Positions 13,724-24,549 of a stretch of DNA of 64,000 nucleotides are shown one piece after another; position 1 is the first letter of the stretch, and every line of letters starts with the position of its first letter. This stretch comes from Camelus dromedarius (Eukaryota). The stretch spans positions 66,652,001 to 66,716,000 of the forward strand of contig NC_087436.1 of assembly GCF_036321535.1 (NCBI RefSeq), read 5' to 3'. Under the pieces are notes generated by a model. It was not told the DNA's origin. It worked only from the letters and a program-made list of their open reading frames with translations, and did no database searches. The position numbers and the translations under genes are program-made.

Positions 13724-14695
13724 AAAACCTCTCTTGGAGGATGTAGAAATCAAGAGAAAATTGAAATAAATCTTTTTACATTTCATATGCTGGTTAAGAT
13801 TTCCAGTCAACTTGACGTTCTCTTACCACTGAATTTTTAACTATTTTAAGGTATAATAGGAAATTGAACCCTTTTGTGAAGTTTCAAGTATTTACTTAGG
13901 TATAATGGCCTGTGCTTGAATCCTAGCTCCAACACTTACTATTTAGGTATAGGGAATAAAAGGAAAAAATTCCTAGAACTTAAGGGTTTTATCTGCAAAA
14001 ATTTACCTTGTGAATTCATTTCTTTGATTAAGTAAAATAATGCATTTAAATAATTTAATGTTTTGCCTCATATATAGATATTTTATATAATTGTATTAAA
14101 TATATTCCATAGTATTTATGTTTTATATTATTTTATAAAATATTAAAATTGTAAATAACTAACATAAGTCTAAAATTAATTAATATAGAAATGTAAATTG
14201 GATCAAGTGAAAACCGAGATAATCAGTGGATATACAGAGGCACACACCACACACACACCCACACACACACACAACATCATTGCAAAGTGACAAATACCAA
14301 AGAAAGCCAAGCAAATTTTAATTTCCAGCAAAGGTCAAATACAAGATAAGAACATCGAAAATAAGAACCAAAATAAAATCATTTAATCTTAAATATTTCG
14401 TAATATTTGCTTTTAAATTGTATGGGTGTGATCAGAAAGCAAAGTTGTTAACTGGTCCATCATACATCATACAGGTCTGGAAGCAAAAATAGAGATATTA
14501 ATATTCCTCTCAAAAGATGTAAGCACAACTTCTAAGGAATGAGACTGATGACATTTCCTTCCTGATCTAAATAGTTGCATCATATGCCCAAAGCTCTGGT
14601 CCTTTTTTCCTGTTAGCTCATATTCTCAACAGTTTATGAACATAATGCCAACAGTCAAGTTTATACTTTTTTTAAAAAACATAAATGCAGAAACT

Positions 14696-15085
14696 TTATT
14701 TTTTTAATTTTAATTTTAATTATTTTTACTTTTTATTGAAGTATAGTCAATTTACAATGCTGTGTTAATTTCTGGTGTATAGCATAGTGATTCATTTATA
14801 CATACATACTATATTCCTTTTCATATTATTTTTCATTATAGTTCCCTGTGCTATACAGAAGGACCTTGTTCTTTATCTATTGTATACATATAGTAGTTAG
14901 TATCTACAAATCCTGAACTCCCTATTTATCCCCCCACCCCCTTTCCCCTTTGGTAGCCATAGGTATGATTTCTGTCTGTGAGTCTGTCTCTGTTTTGTAA
15001 ATAAGTTCATTTTTGTCCTTTTCTTTAATTAGATTCTGCATATAAGTGATAGCATATGGTATTTTTCTTTCTTTTTCTGGCTTAG
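14696..15085 (-). mobile_element. L1 3' UTR fragment
   Basis: T-rich tail then ttattgaagtatagtcaatttacaatg...tgtgagtctgtctctgttttgtaaataagttcatt; aligns by eye with 7283-7680. Confidence 0.92.
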
Positions 15086-15251
15086 TATTCTTTTTACCTA
15101 GTAAGAATTAATATTATGATGCATAAGAGCCACAATTATGTCAAACATTAATTGTTTAGAAATGTGTTGAAATAATTTAAAACTAGAAAAAATACTCTTC
15201 CTTTATTAAAATCTAAACAAACAGAGCAAAATGTTTTGACCAAATTTCTTT

Positions 15252-15381
15252 CTTATTTGTTTGTTTGCTTGTTTGTTTGTTTTTAACTTATTTATTTTTA
15301 AAATAACAGTGGAATTGAACCCAGGACCTTGTGCATGCTAAGATGTACTCTACCAACTGAGCTATTACCCTCCCCTCCTCA
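15252..15381 (-). mobile_element. tRNA-Ala-derived SINE (camelid vic-1-like)
   Basis: Minus strand reads ggggagggtaatagctcagttggtagag...cttagcatg...ggttcaattcc (A box, AGC loop, B box) with an (AAAC)n tail; exact 13-bp TSD accaaatttcttt at 15239-15251 and 15382-15394. Confidence 0.9.
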
Positions 15382-16864
15382 ACCAAATTTCTTTTAAGAT
15401 GCATGGGGCTTAGATCAAAGTTTACTTTAATGATATAAGAAGAGCAGCATCCAAGAATAAAATTCAGACTTAATGTGCTCATTACTTGTATATACTCAAT
15501 CATTTTACAGTAAGTTTCTATTTATATATAGTAATAGTTAATACAAAAAGAAGAGCTTTTTTCCCCCAATTTTTACTGTCTCAGCTTACTTATTTTAATA
15601 AATCAGCCAGAGTTAAATATACATATATTTTTTCCATGCAGTATTTTTCTTAAAAATTCATGTAAAGAAATTGGGCTAGAAGTTGTGAATTGTTTAAACT
15701 ACCAAAGCGCCAAAATACCTTGGCACTATTGCCTTTGTTAATGAACTTGGCATAAAGATCCTCCATATGAGATATTAAACTAAGGTGTTTTCTGTAAAGT
15801 CAAATATCCTTACTTGTACTCTTTCCAGATGGCCTTCTGCAGGCCATCATTTTTCAGCTGTCCATGAAACAAATGGTAGGCCATCTATTTGTTTGGGAAT
15901 TACTTTACCAGAATCATTAAACCTGTGTTGAGGGTAGCAGTATGAGAACTCTATGAAAAGTCTGAGCCATGTTTGGAGATGTTAATGAAATATTTGACAG
16001 GGTAAAATGGCTTAGAATAGGGAGTATCTGAGAATGCAGGAAAAGCAATTTCTCAAACAAGGCTTATTTGCCTGATACATGGCATTAGTTTAGTTAGATT
16101 CAACTTCTGTTTAATCCTCTACAGGTTCTTGAATATTTTATTAATAAAAGAGAAATCAACCATAAAGCTTTCAGTCAAAATTATGTGTGGAGAATTTTTT
16201 GGATACTTTAAAGCAATATCATAACTAAAACAAGAATAAATAAATTATTTTTAAACATAAAACAGTGAGAGAAAATCTGATATGATGATTGCAGTTCTAA
16301 GGATGTGTGTTTTTGGTTATTTTTTAAAGTTTCTGCTAAGTGCATATAATAGATATAGTACTTCTAAAAAGTAATTAATTTTATAGCAAGCATGTGACTT
16401 TTGGCTCTAGAGATAAGGTGGTCAAGTAGTTAGATAGCTGGAGACTAAAATTTCTGAAATGTAATATGGAATATGGTTTCTATTTTCTTAAATATCTTTT
16501 AGACTGTGTATATCTATCTATCTGTGTGTGTTCATGAGTGTTGTATGTGCTCAACTGCTATCATTCACCCTATTTTTCAGCTTCATTTTTCTTGGAACCT
16601 GAGTTAATAAAAGGCTCTGTAATAATTATATATGTTAAAGAGCATGAGGGCTTAATTTTGTCCCTGTGCAGTTATAAAAAAGTAATATGGCAATATTAAC
16701 TGAGACATGGTTGTGTACCGTATCAAAATTAGTGAAACAAGTCAGAACTATAGAACCATTGCCTTAATCATCTTCATTTTCTAAATAACCTGGTTAAAGT
16801 GAAAAACCAAATTACAGTTGAATACTCTTACACAAGAAAAGTATCCATTTCTTTCGCCATCAGT

Positions 16865-17064
16865 NNNNNNNNNNNNNNNNNNNNNNNNNNNNNNNNNNNN
16901 NNNNNNNNNNNNNNNNNNNNNNNNNNNNNNNNNNNNNNNNNNNNNNNNNNNNNNNNNNNNNNNNNNNNNNNNNNNNNNNNNNNNNNNNNNNNNNNNNNNN
17001 NNNNNNNNNNNNNNNNNNNNNNNNNNNNNNNNNNNNNNNNNNNNNNNNNNNNNNNNNNNNNNNN
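16865..17064. other. Assembly gap, 200 N
   Basis: Run of N; the round length suggests a placeholder size. Confidence 1.
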
Positions 17065-17099
17065 AAAATCTCAAAAATAAAACTATGCTTGGTTACTTG

Positions 17100-17295
17100 C
17101 TGTATTTAGCAGAATAGTGGCCTCTAAAATGTATATCCACATCCTAATACTCAGAAACCTGTGAATATTAGTTTATTTGGAGAAAAGGGTTTCTGCAGAT
17201 GCAATTTAGTTAAGAATCTTTAGGTGATGAGTTTATCCTGGATTACCAAGTGGGCTTTTGAGAGACAGAAGAGTTGGAGGCAATGAGACCTGTCA
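17100..17295 (+). mobile_element. MaLR MLT1 LTR, 5' part
   Basis: tg...cagaatagtggcctctaaaatgtatatccacatcctaatactcagaaacctgtgaatatt...tatcctggatta matches the MLT1C/D-type start. Confidence 0.8.
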
Positions 17296-17637
17296 TTTAA
17301 GAGTATGTAAAAATTATGAGAAGAATATTAAAAGAATTCCTCATCAACCAGAATAATAAATACTGTAGTTGAATCCAAACAAGAAGTATAGCGATAGAAG
17401 GTTTGAGTGTTAGGTAGACTATGAACTATGAATTATGGGGGTATTGACTACAAAATGACTCTTTTTGGACTGGAAGTCTCCTATTGTTGTAAACATGGTA
17501 GATGAGGACTCAATATAGCAGTTTGGATGTTTGAAAACTGTACCAAGTCATTGTTGCCTCAGTATTCACAATCTGGTTTAAATTTCTGGCAAATATGCTA
17601 ATATTCTGAGACGCTATCTTAATAATTTGTTCAGTTC

Positions 17638-18222
17638 TTGTCTTAGCTTTATGTTGTTTATGTAACATACAATCACAAACTTAACGGCTTCACCAGTACA
17701 AATTTATCATCTTCTAATTCTGTAGGTTGAACTCCCACACAGGTCTCACCAGGCTCACATCAGAGTAATAATAGGGCTTCATTTGTTTCTTGAGACTTTC
17801 AAGGAGAATCAATTTCCTTACTTATTCAGCTTGTTGGCAGAATTCTGTTTTTTTGTGATTTTCAGATTGGTTGTCAGCTGAGATACATTCCCAGCCTGTA
17901 GAAGCCACCTGTGCTCTTTGGCTCTTGTCTCCCTTCCACTGTCTTCAAGGTCAGCAGGAGTGGACTGAGTTCTTCTAATGTCACATCTCTCTCTCTCCCC
18001 CTCTTCCATTGTAACATCTCACCAGACCAGGAAATATTCTTTCTTTTAAGGATTTGTGTGATTAGATTGGGGTAAAGCAGAAAATCCAGGACATTCTCTC
18101 CCTCTCCAGGCCCATATATTAACCAATCTACTAAATCATTTTTGCCACATAAAATAAATATTTACCATTTCCAGAGATTGTGGTATGGACATCTAGGGGA
18201 GGAGTGTTGTGCTTCCCAACAC
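17638..18222 (-). mobile_element. MaLR MLT1 (D/E-type) solo LTR
   Basis: cacaaacttaacggctt...aaatttatcatct...ggagaatcaatttcctt...gatttgtgtgattagattggg...tatggacatct...ccaacaca. Confidence 0.8.
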
Positions 18223-21200
18223 AGGATGATAGAACAGTTCCTTGGTGGGTTAGGATATTTTATCCACAAGAAGAATTAGAGTTTGGTGTAGAAATAATAA
18301 AATAAAATCAACGTGCAAAAGTTGCTTTTATGTTAAGGAATATTCTGAGCATATTTTGATATTATTCACTTCGTATAACACTAGAGAATTTGGCTTAATT
18401 GAGTAACAGTTTTTTCCCAAAATATTTTATGATACTATAATATGTATAATTATTATTATAAGTTGAAATTTTACTCAGGTTATAAACTTTACTGGAACAC
18501 TTAAATGAACTTAATAGTAAAGATATTTATAAGTGTAATTTATCAGATTCTCAAGTATTATTTAAGTACTTGAGAAGATTTATTGGAGTATTTAGTAAGA
18601 AAACCAAATGTATTAAACATGTAAACCCAGTTTAAAGTTTTAGCAAACATATCTAACTTTTTGTATTAGAATGGCTATTAATCAAAAGGCCACTTAAAGT
18701 AATTGTTAAAATCTGCTGTTTTATAAATAGAAGAGTAATACTTATAAGATGTAAATAAACATTAAAAATATAGAGTTTTGAGCTTAATAATTTGAATTAA
18801 TACAGTAAAATTTAATTTTAAATGAAAGGAAAAAGCCTGAGTAGTATTTTCTGTGCACATGATATACAAACACGTGCATACACTGTTAAGGAGTTAATAC
18901 ATATGTCATGTGTCTTAGGTGGGTACCAAAAAACATGTATGAGTTAGCCAAGCACGAATAAGAAAGAGGGAGAAAGTTAATGGACAAGTAGTAATTTAAG
19001 TATTAGGAAAACACAAAGGCTGACTTATCTCAAGCCAACCAAACAGACAATAGTGTTGACATATAAAGACAATAGGCCATGAGAGCGCAAAGCATTACTT
19101 ATCTGAAGCTACTGGGATTCTTTGTTAGTTAGTTAGTTCAAACAATCTATTACAATGAGAAAAAGTAAAGATGCATACATTAAACTGAATCATAAATTAA
19201 TAACACATTAAATTTGCATGTAACTTCAAATATATGCAAACATGTTTATTCTAGACTTTTCTTAGAGTATGGGGGCCATGAATTAGAATTCCATATAATT
19301 TTTTTTCATAAGATCATACCCAAAATTCATGATCAACACTCTCTAATTTTGTTTTTCTTTAGAATGGAGTTGGATTGTAAAGACATCTGTAAAGCAATAT
19401 AAGTTCAAATTTCCCCCTGTATTTTATCATTATCCACTCAATTTACTAACTCAGATTCATTACATCTTTCTAAAATATTTAATTTAATTTTCATGGAAAT
19501 AATGGCCTTTTTCCATGTATGTTTCATTGATTTACTCAATAATTGAAAAAATCATAAAAATAGTAACATGCATAACTGCATAAAAAGATTTGGAAACAAA
19601 TATACTTCTGGCAAGGCTCAAACTCACTAGGTAGAAGTGTTGGTTTGTACAAAGAAGAATCCAAAGAATCATGGCACTCTATCACTATGATTTACAGAGG
19701 AAATAGAGCACCTTAGTTAATCCAGAAAAAAAGATGAAGTGGAGGTTGGTTATTTAACTCTGTTTTGTTATAAATTCAGCATAGGGTTTGGTAGGGGAAA
19801 AATAATTCCAAAATTAAACAAGAATCAGATAATTTAAGGCCTTTACATAGTTATAAATAGATTCACCTGTTAAGGAAACATGTTAAGGAAATTTCTTAAC
19901 ATTGTATGTTTTTCTTACTTTTTTTTTTTAACTTGAGTATTTAGCTCAGAGCTTTATACACAATATGTACTTACTAAACAGTTGCTGCATTGCATTGAAA
20001 TGAGGTATAATCAAGAAAAGAGGACTTGAGCAGAGGACAGGTGCCTCTAAGAGACTTATATTATACTAAGGAAATTTGAGGGCTTAGTGAAGTTAAAAAC
20101 AGCATGTGCTATTTGTTACAACTCACTAATTTGTGAACTATTTTTATCCTCTCAGCCTCTCATCGTATTAAAATATCTACTAGAGCGAAAGAAGAAATGG
20201 TGTGAAATCTGTAAATTTCACAGTCTCTAATGCAATTGAAAAAACTGATCCTCTTTGGAAGTGAATCCTAAAACCATCCGAATCATATTTTCTCCTGTTG
20301 AGATCTCATCTGATTAAATTCATAGCCCTAGAACTGCAGTCAGTCTTTGGCTCACCCTGGCAGACTACCACATCCAGTTCTCATGAAGGAAAGTGAGGAG
20401 TGAGAAGCCCAGATGTTGTCTGTTTTGGAGTCAATGAGGCTGCAGGGATGTAACGGAAAGCTATTCGCTAGAAGAACTAGTCCCTCAGGAAACAGCTTTC
20501 TAAACAGATCTCTGTTTTCAAAACAAAATTTTTTTTTCAATATATTAAGACAAACCTAAAGGTTTGTAGCTGAATAACTTGCAATGCTCTGCACCTCATA
20601 CATCTCACATAAGTACATCTCATCTAAGTCTCATCGTTACACTAAAATAATATAACCATCACAACACAGTTTAAATATATGAACGCCAGTGACAGATTGG
20701 GAGGAGAAAGAGGAGGGGACAAAGAGAAACGAACAAAGAGCAAATCTAAATGACTTCAGGCTAGGTGAAGCTTTTAATTTAGCCAGGGTTTTATTTCATT
20801 AGCAAGGTGTCTGTATGCCCTGAAGGTGTCTTCTTTCTTTTTTTTTTTTTTTTTTCCCTTTAGAAGCAAATTGCTCAATGATCCTCTTATACAGCTGCAT
20901 CAGGCAGTAGTCAATTCATAGTTTTCTCATGGTTTGTAGCCTGAGGACAGGAGGGCCCAAGGATTGCTCTAATTTATCCTGGATAGTGTCTCATTTAGAT
21001 TAGTGATAGTATTTCTAGGATTGTTCATCTTTCAGTGCACGGTGGAAGGTTGTCTCTTTTTAGTCGTAATTTTTCATCAAAATAATTTTAAAATATCGAA
21101 CGTATAGTTCATTTCAAACATGACCTAGGAAGTGGATTACTGCTGATCAGTTAAAGCCAATTTACAGTCAGAAATCTTCTGTTCTCATGAAAAATCACTG

Positions 21201-21419
21201 TTTTGTAGAGTCAGTACAGCAGTGAATAGAATATTTGTAAAGGAGTCTTTGTTGTAAGAGAAGAGAATATTGCTTATGTTTGTGCTCTACTAGTTGTGTT
21301 ACTTTTAATTTACGTGAGGCTTCAGATATACATAAATAGCACCACAATGTTTTAAATTTTTCTAGTATTAAGAATAGACAGAGAACTTTCCTTTCTGATA
21401 TTACACAGATTTCTTTGTA

Positions 21420-22400
21420 TCCACCCCTACAGAATGCTGATCTCCAATTAAATGTCATAAAAGCTCCCAGTTGGGAGCCCTGCAGATTGCCAAAATTGTC
21501 CCCGTGAACTTGCAGCTGGTTGTGCCACAAGATATACAAACCATCCAATTCCACAGAGCTTTAAAAAATGGTTTTATAGCAGAGATTGGCCCTTTATTTT
21601 CTTTCCAAATAATAGCATTTCTCAGACTCCACTCCTCTGTACGTTCTAAGCATAATTTATATGCAAATAGCCTTATTATAAACCTCCATCCTCCTCTGAT
21701 GAAGCTTACAGAAGACTCTCAACATACTTTTGGCTTCCTGACAACAAACATGTTTAGGAAAGAAAGACTGCAACTTACAAAAGCTTCCTTACAAAAGCTA
21801 AGCTGATTTCCAGGCCTCTGAGCTAATCAGAATTAGCAGGGAGGAGTAGGAGATGATGAAGAGGAATGTGTTAAGAATATCGTGGTGCTTTGCTTCCTCT
21901 CATGGGCTGACAGCCTCGATCAGCTAATTAGGAAACCTTTACCCAAACTGGTGTCAATTTGTTATTTAACCCCCATGGGACATTTTCACAGCCAGGAGTC
22001 ACTTGTGTGAGAACATGTAGAGATATTTAGTTTGAAAACAAGGAGACTCCAAAAAGAGAGAAGATAAAGGGAGGACATCCTTTATGAATGATCATTTTTG
22101 TTATTTGATGCCACATCAGGATGATCTTCAGAATGTGGAGAGACGTTCGTGTGCAGCATGTCAACTTTTGATCATCTGACATATAATGTGAATCATATGG
22201 ATGATTAAATCCATCTCTTATGCTAAGCATGAAGCTTAATTATGTCAAAAATCGCCGAAGCCTCGCTGGCTGCTTGGGCCTGACTGACAGGAACAGCATT
22301 CACTGTCAGGTTCCATCTAAGCCAGGCCCTTTCACATCTTAGAGCTTTTATTCATCAGACAGTGTGATTGTTAGACCCATCTCTTGGGGTGAGATTTATC
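21420..22400. promoter_or_regulatory. Candidate conserved non-coding element or enhancer
   Basis: No recognisable repeat; contains TGTCATAAAA (21453), ATGCAAAT (21661), TGACAG (21908), CTAATTAG (21924), TGACTGACAG (22281), CTGTCA (22303); conservation not tested. Confidence 0.4.
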
Positions 22401-22824
22401 AAATAACAGCAAAGCACTCTGTCTAGTGATGTACTTATAGTTTTGAAAGTGAACTACTGTGGGTACCAGCCCAGGAATAAAAGCAATAGCCTACCTGGGA
22501 GCCTGACCTTAGATTATTTCACTGAGAACCATAATTTTTAAGGTGGTGCTAATTCTCTGCATTACACTTTTTTTTTTTAATTTCTAGGTGGAAAATGGAC
22601 TTTCACAAAATCTAAATATTTAGAGGACTCCAACATATTAAATAGTCCTAGAAATAAAATACTAGATTCAAATATGTTTAAATCTTGTAGGTTTTATTTC
22701 TCTTAAATTTAAAGGGGAAATCTTTAGACAAAAACATTTAAAAATTCACTTTTAATCTTTCAAACATTAAAAATAAATTTAAGATAACTTGAAAAATTCC
22801 AGATTAGAATAATGAAAAGGAACA

Positions 22825-23550
22825 AAGCTAATTCATATTGCTCATTTATTATGTACTAGGTGAAGGAAACCAGAATACATCACCCCAAAATATGCCTTGT
22901 TGCTATAAGAATTATTTTGCCTGAAGGCAATTAAGAAACAGCAAACATGGGAAAAGCCCCTCCTTTTCCACCTAATGGCTGGAAATAAATTTTCCTTTTA
23001 CTGGAGATAGTCTCTCATCAGTCCAGAAATGCCACCAGAGGAAACTGCAAGCAAACCTTGTTAAACTCTTGCCTTCCCGGTTAAGGAGGAAAAGGACTAC
23101 CTAGCCCCAATCCCACCACCCAAGCCCTAACCCCTGTGTCTAGTCAGTTTTTCACAAATGTATTGTTTCTTTGTCCTAAAGGTATAAAAGCCTCCTCTAG
23201 TCACTTCTTAGGGTCTTCATTCTCTTGTGAAAGCTCTCATGTACATGTAAAAATTCAACAAAATTTTTAAAAATTTGTATGCTTTTCTCTTGCTAATGTC
23301 TCTGTGAGTTTAATTTTCAGACCTAGCCAGGGACCCTTAAGAGGGTTGAGGAAAACTTTTTGCTCCCCTACAGAGACATTGTTCTAAGCACTTTATATGT
23401 ATTAAATCATTAAATCCTCGCAACAACCAGATAAGGTAGGTTTGTTACTGTCTCCATTATACAAATTAGGAAATAAAAGCTCAGGAATTTTAAGTAACTT
23501 GCCCAAAGTCAAAAGTAGGTGTTAGAAATTCACTCCAAGTTTTCAGGCTT
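22825..23550 (-). mobile_element. MIR SINE split by an LTR (pieces about 22825-22860 and 23373-23550)
   Basis: ttattatgtactagg joins to cattgttctaagcactttatatgtatt...taagtaacttgcccaaagtca (MIR core). Confidence 0.75.
22861..23372 (+). mobile_element. ERV1 solo LTR, MER34/MER39-like
   Basis: TG...CA termini; start tgaaggaaaccagaatacatcaccccaaaatatgcc; TATA box ggtataaaag near 23181; end gaaaactttttgctcccctaca. Confidence 0.8.
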
Positions 23551-24082
23551 TGAAATGCCTCCAAGGTAGTATAACAGACATTGTCTGTAGTTATCATGAT
23601 CATTCTTCCATGTGTTCATGGTATTTCCAAAACTTCTTGAATCCATTTGTTAGCAATTTATGGAGTTCTTTCAGTTACTGCTGTAAGCATGGAACATGCC
23701 AAGAAATAACCAACTTTAACAGAGGCACTACTGTTGAACGCCCTTCATCCTGCAGCCCGAGGCCATCAGTGGCCAGGGGATCTATTCTGGTAGCCCTTGG
23801 CATTTCCCTCATTCCCTGCTTGTTTGGAATGAATTTCAGAATCTAAGTGAGGACTCATTTCGCATGTAGGCAAGCCTGAGATGATCATATATCAAAAAGC
23901 TGGAAGCCTGAGAAAATCCTAAAGAACTTTTTGCTGAAATGTTCTTAATTCAGACTTTGATTTCACAGGTCTTTTTCAAATTAAAAAAAAATCCATTTGT
24001 TATCAGTGTAAGGATTAGAAAGCAAAGGAGACATGCCGGCTAATTAAGAGGTTTAAATGAATAAAGATAAACTTTCAAGACA

Positions 24083-24545
24083 TGAAATTTGGCTGCACCC
24101 TGCAGACCTACATCCCTGTACTTGCCCAGCTTCAAGCCAGAAGAGCCCAGAGTCAGGAACAGAGACATCAATGGTTTAATGGATGGGGAGGGATCGTACA
24201 TGTCTGCCCTGGAGTGACACCCCAGGCAGCTCAACAAGACAGCAGTCCTCACTCCCAGGGGGAGGGTGTGGGGAGTGGGAGGTTACCAGTTACAGGAAGA
24301 ATTATGGTCAGGTTGGCTAACTGGTTACCAGGGAAACCAGCAGAGGGGCACACCCCTCACCACCCCTCTGATAAGCATAGTGGAGAGTTCTGATCTAAGG
24401 CTAGAACAATCACAGCTGGGGCTGGGGGCAAGTACTAAGTAGGAAGGTCAGACAGGTGAGCAGGGTAGAGGTGAAGCAGGTGCTGGTCCAGCAAGGGATG
24501 TACAGAGAGCAAGAGAACAGCCATCCTGCGTGGCCTGATCATACA
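24083..24545 (-). mobile_element. Solo LTR, family not assigned
   Basis: GC-richer ~460-bp island reading TGTATGATCAGG...TTTCA on the minus strand, with ATTAAA about 90 bp from the 3' end; no convincing TSD. Confidence 0.6.
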
Positions 24546-24549
24546 GTAC

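Noticed and set aside
14040..14200. Extremely AT-rich tract as an origin or matrix attachment region
   Set aside because: Low-complexity sequence is common in AT-rich isochores; nothing specific supports a function
15300..15380. tRNA-Ala gene (also 36000-36070)
   Set aside because: TSDs, A-rich tails and a broken acceptor stem show these are SINEs
16781..17117. Three ORFs of 93-99 aa
   Set aside because: Artifacts of translating through the N gap
21195..21806. Two ORFs over 110 aa on opposite strands
   Set aside because: Non-ATG starts on inspection, no recognisable protein similarity and no clear splice context; the region is better explained as non-coding
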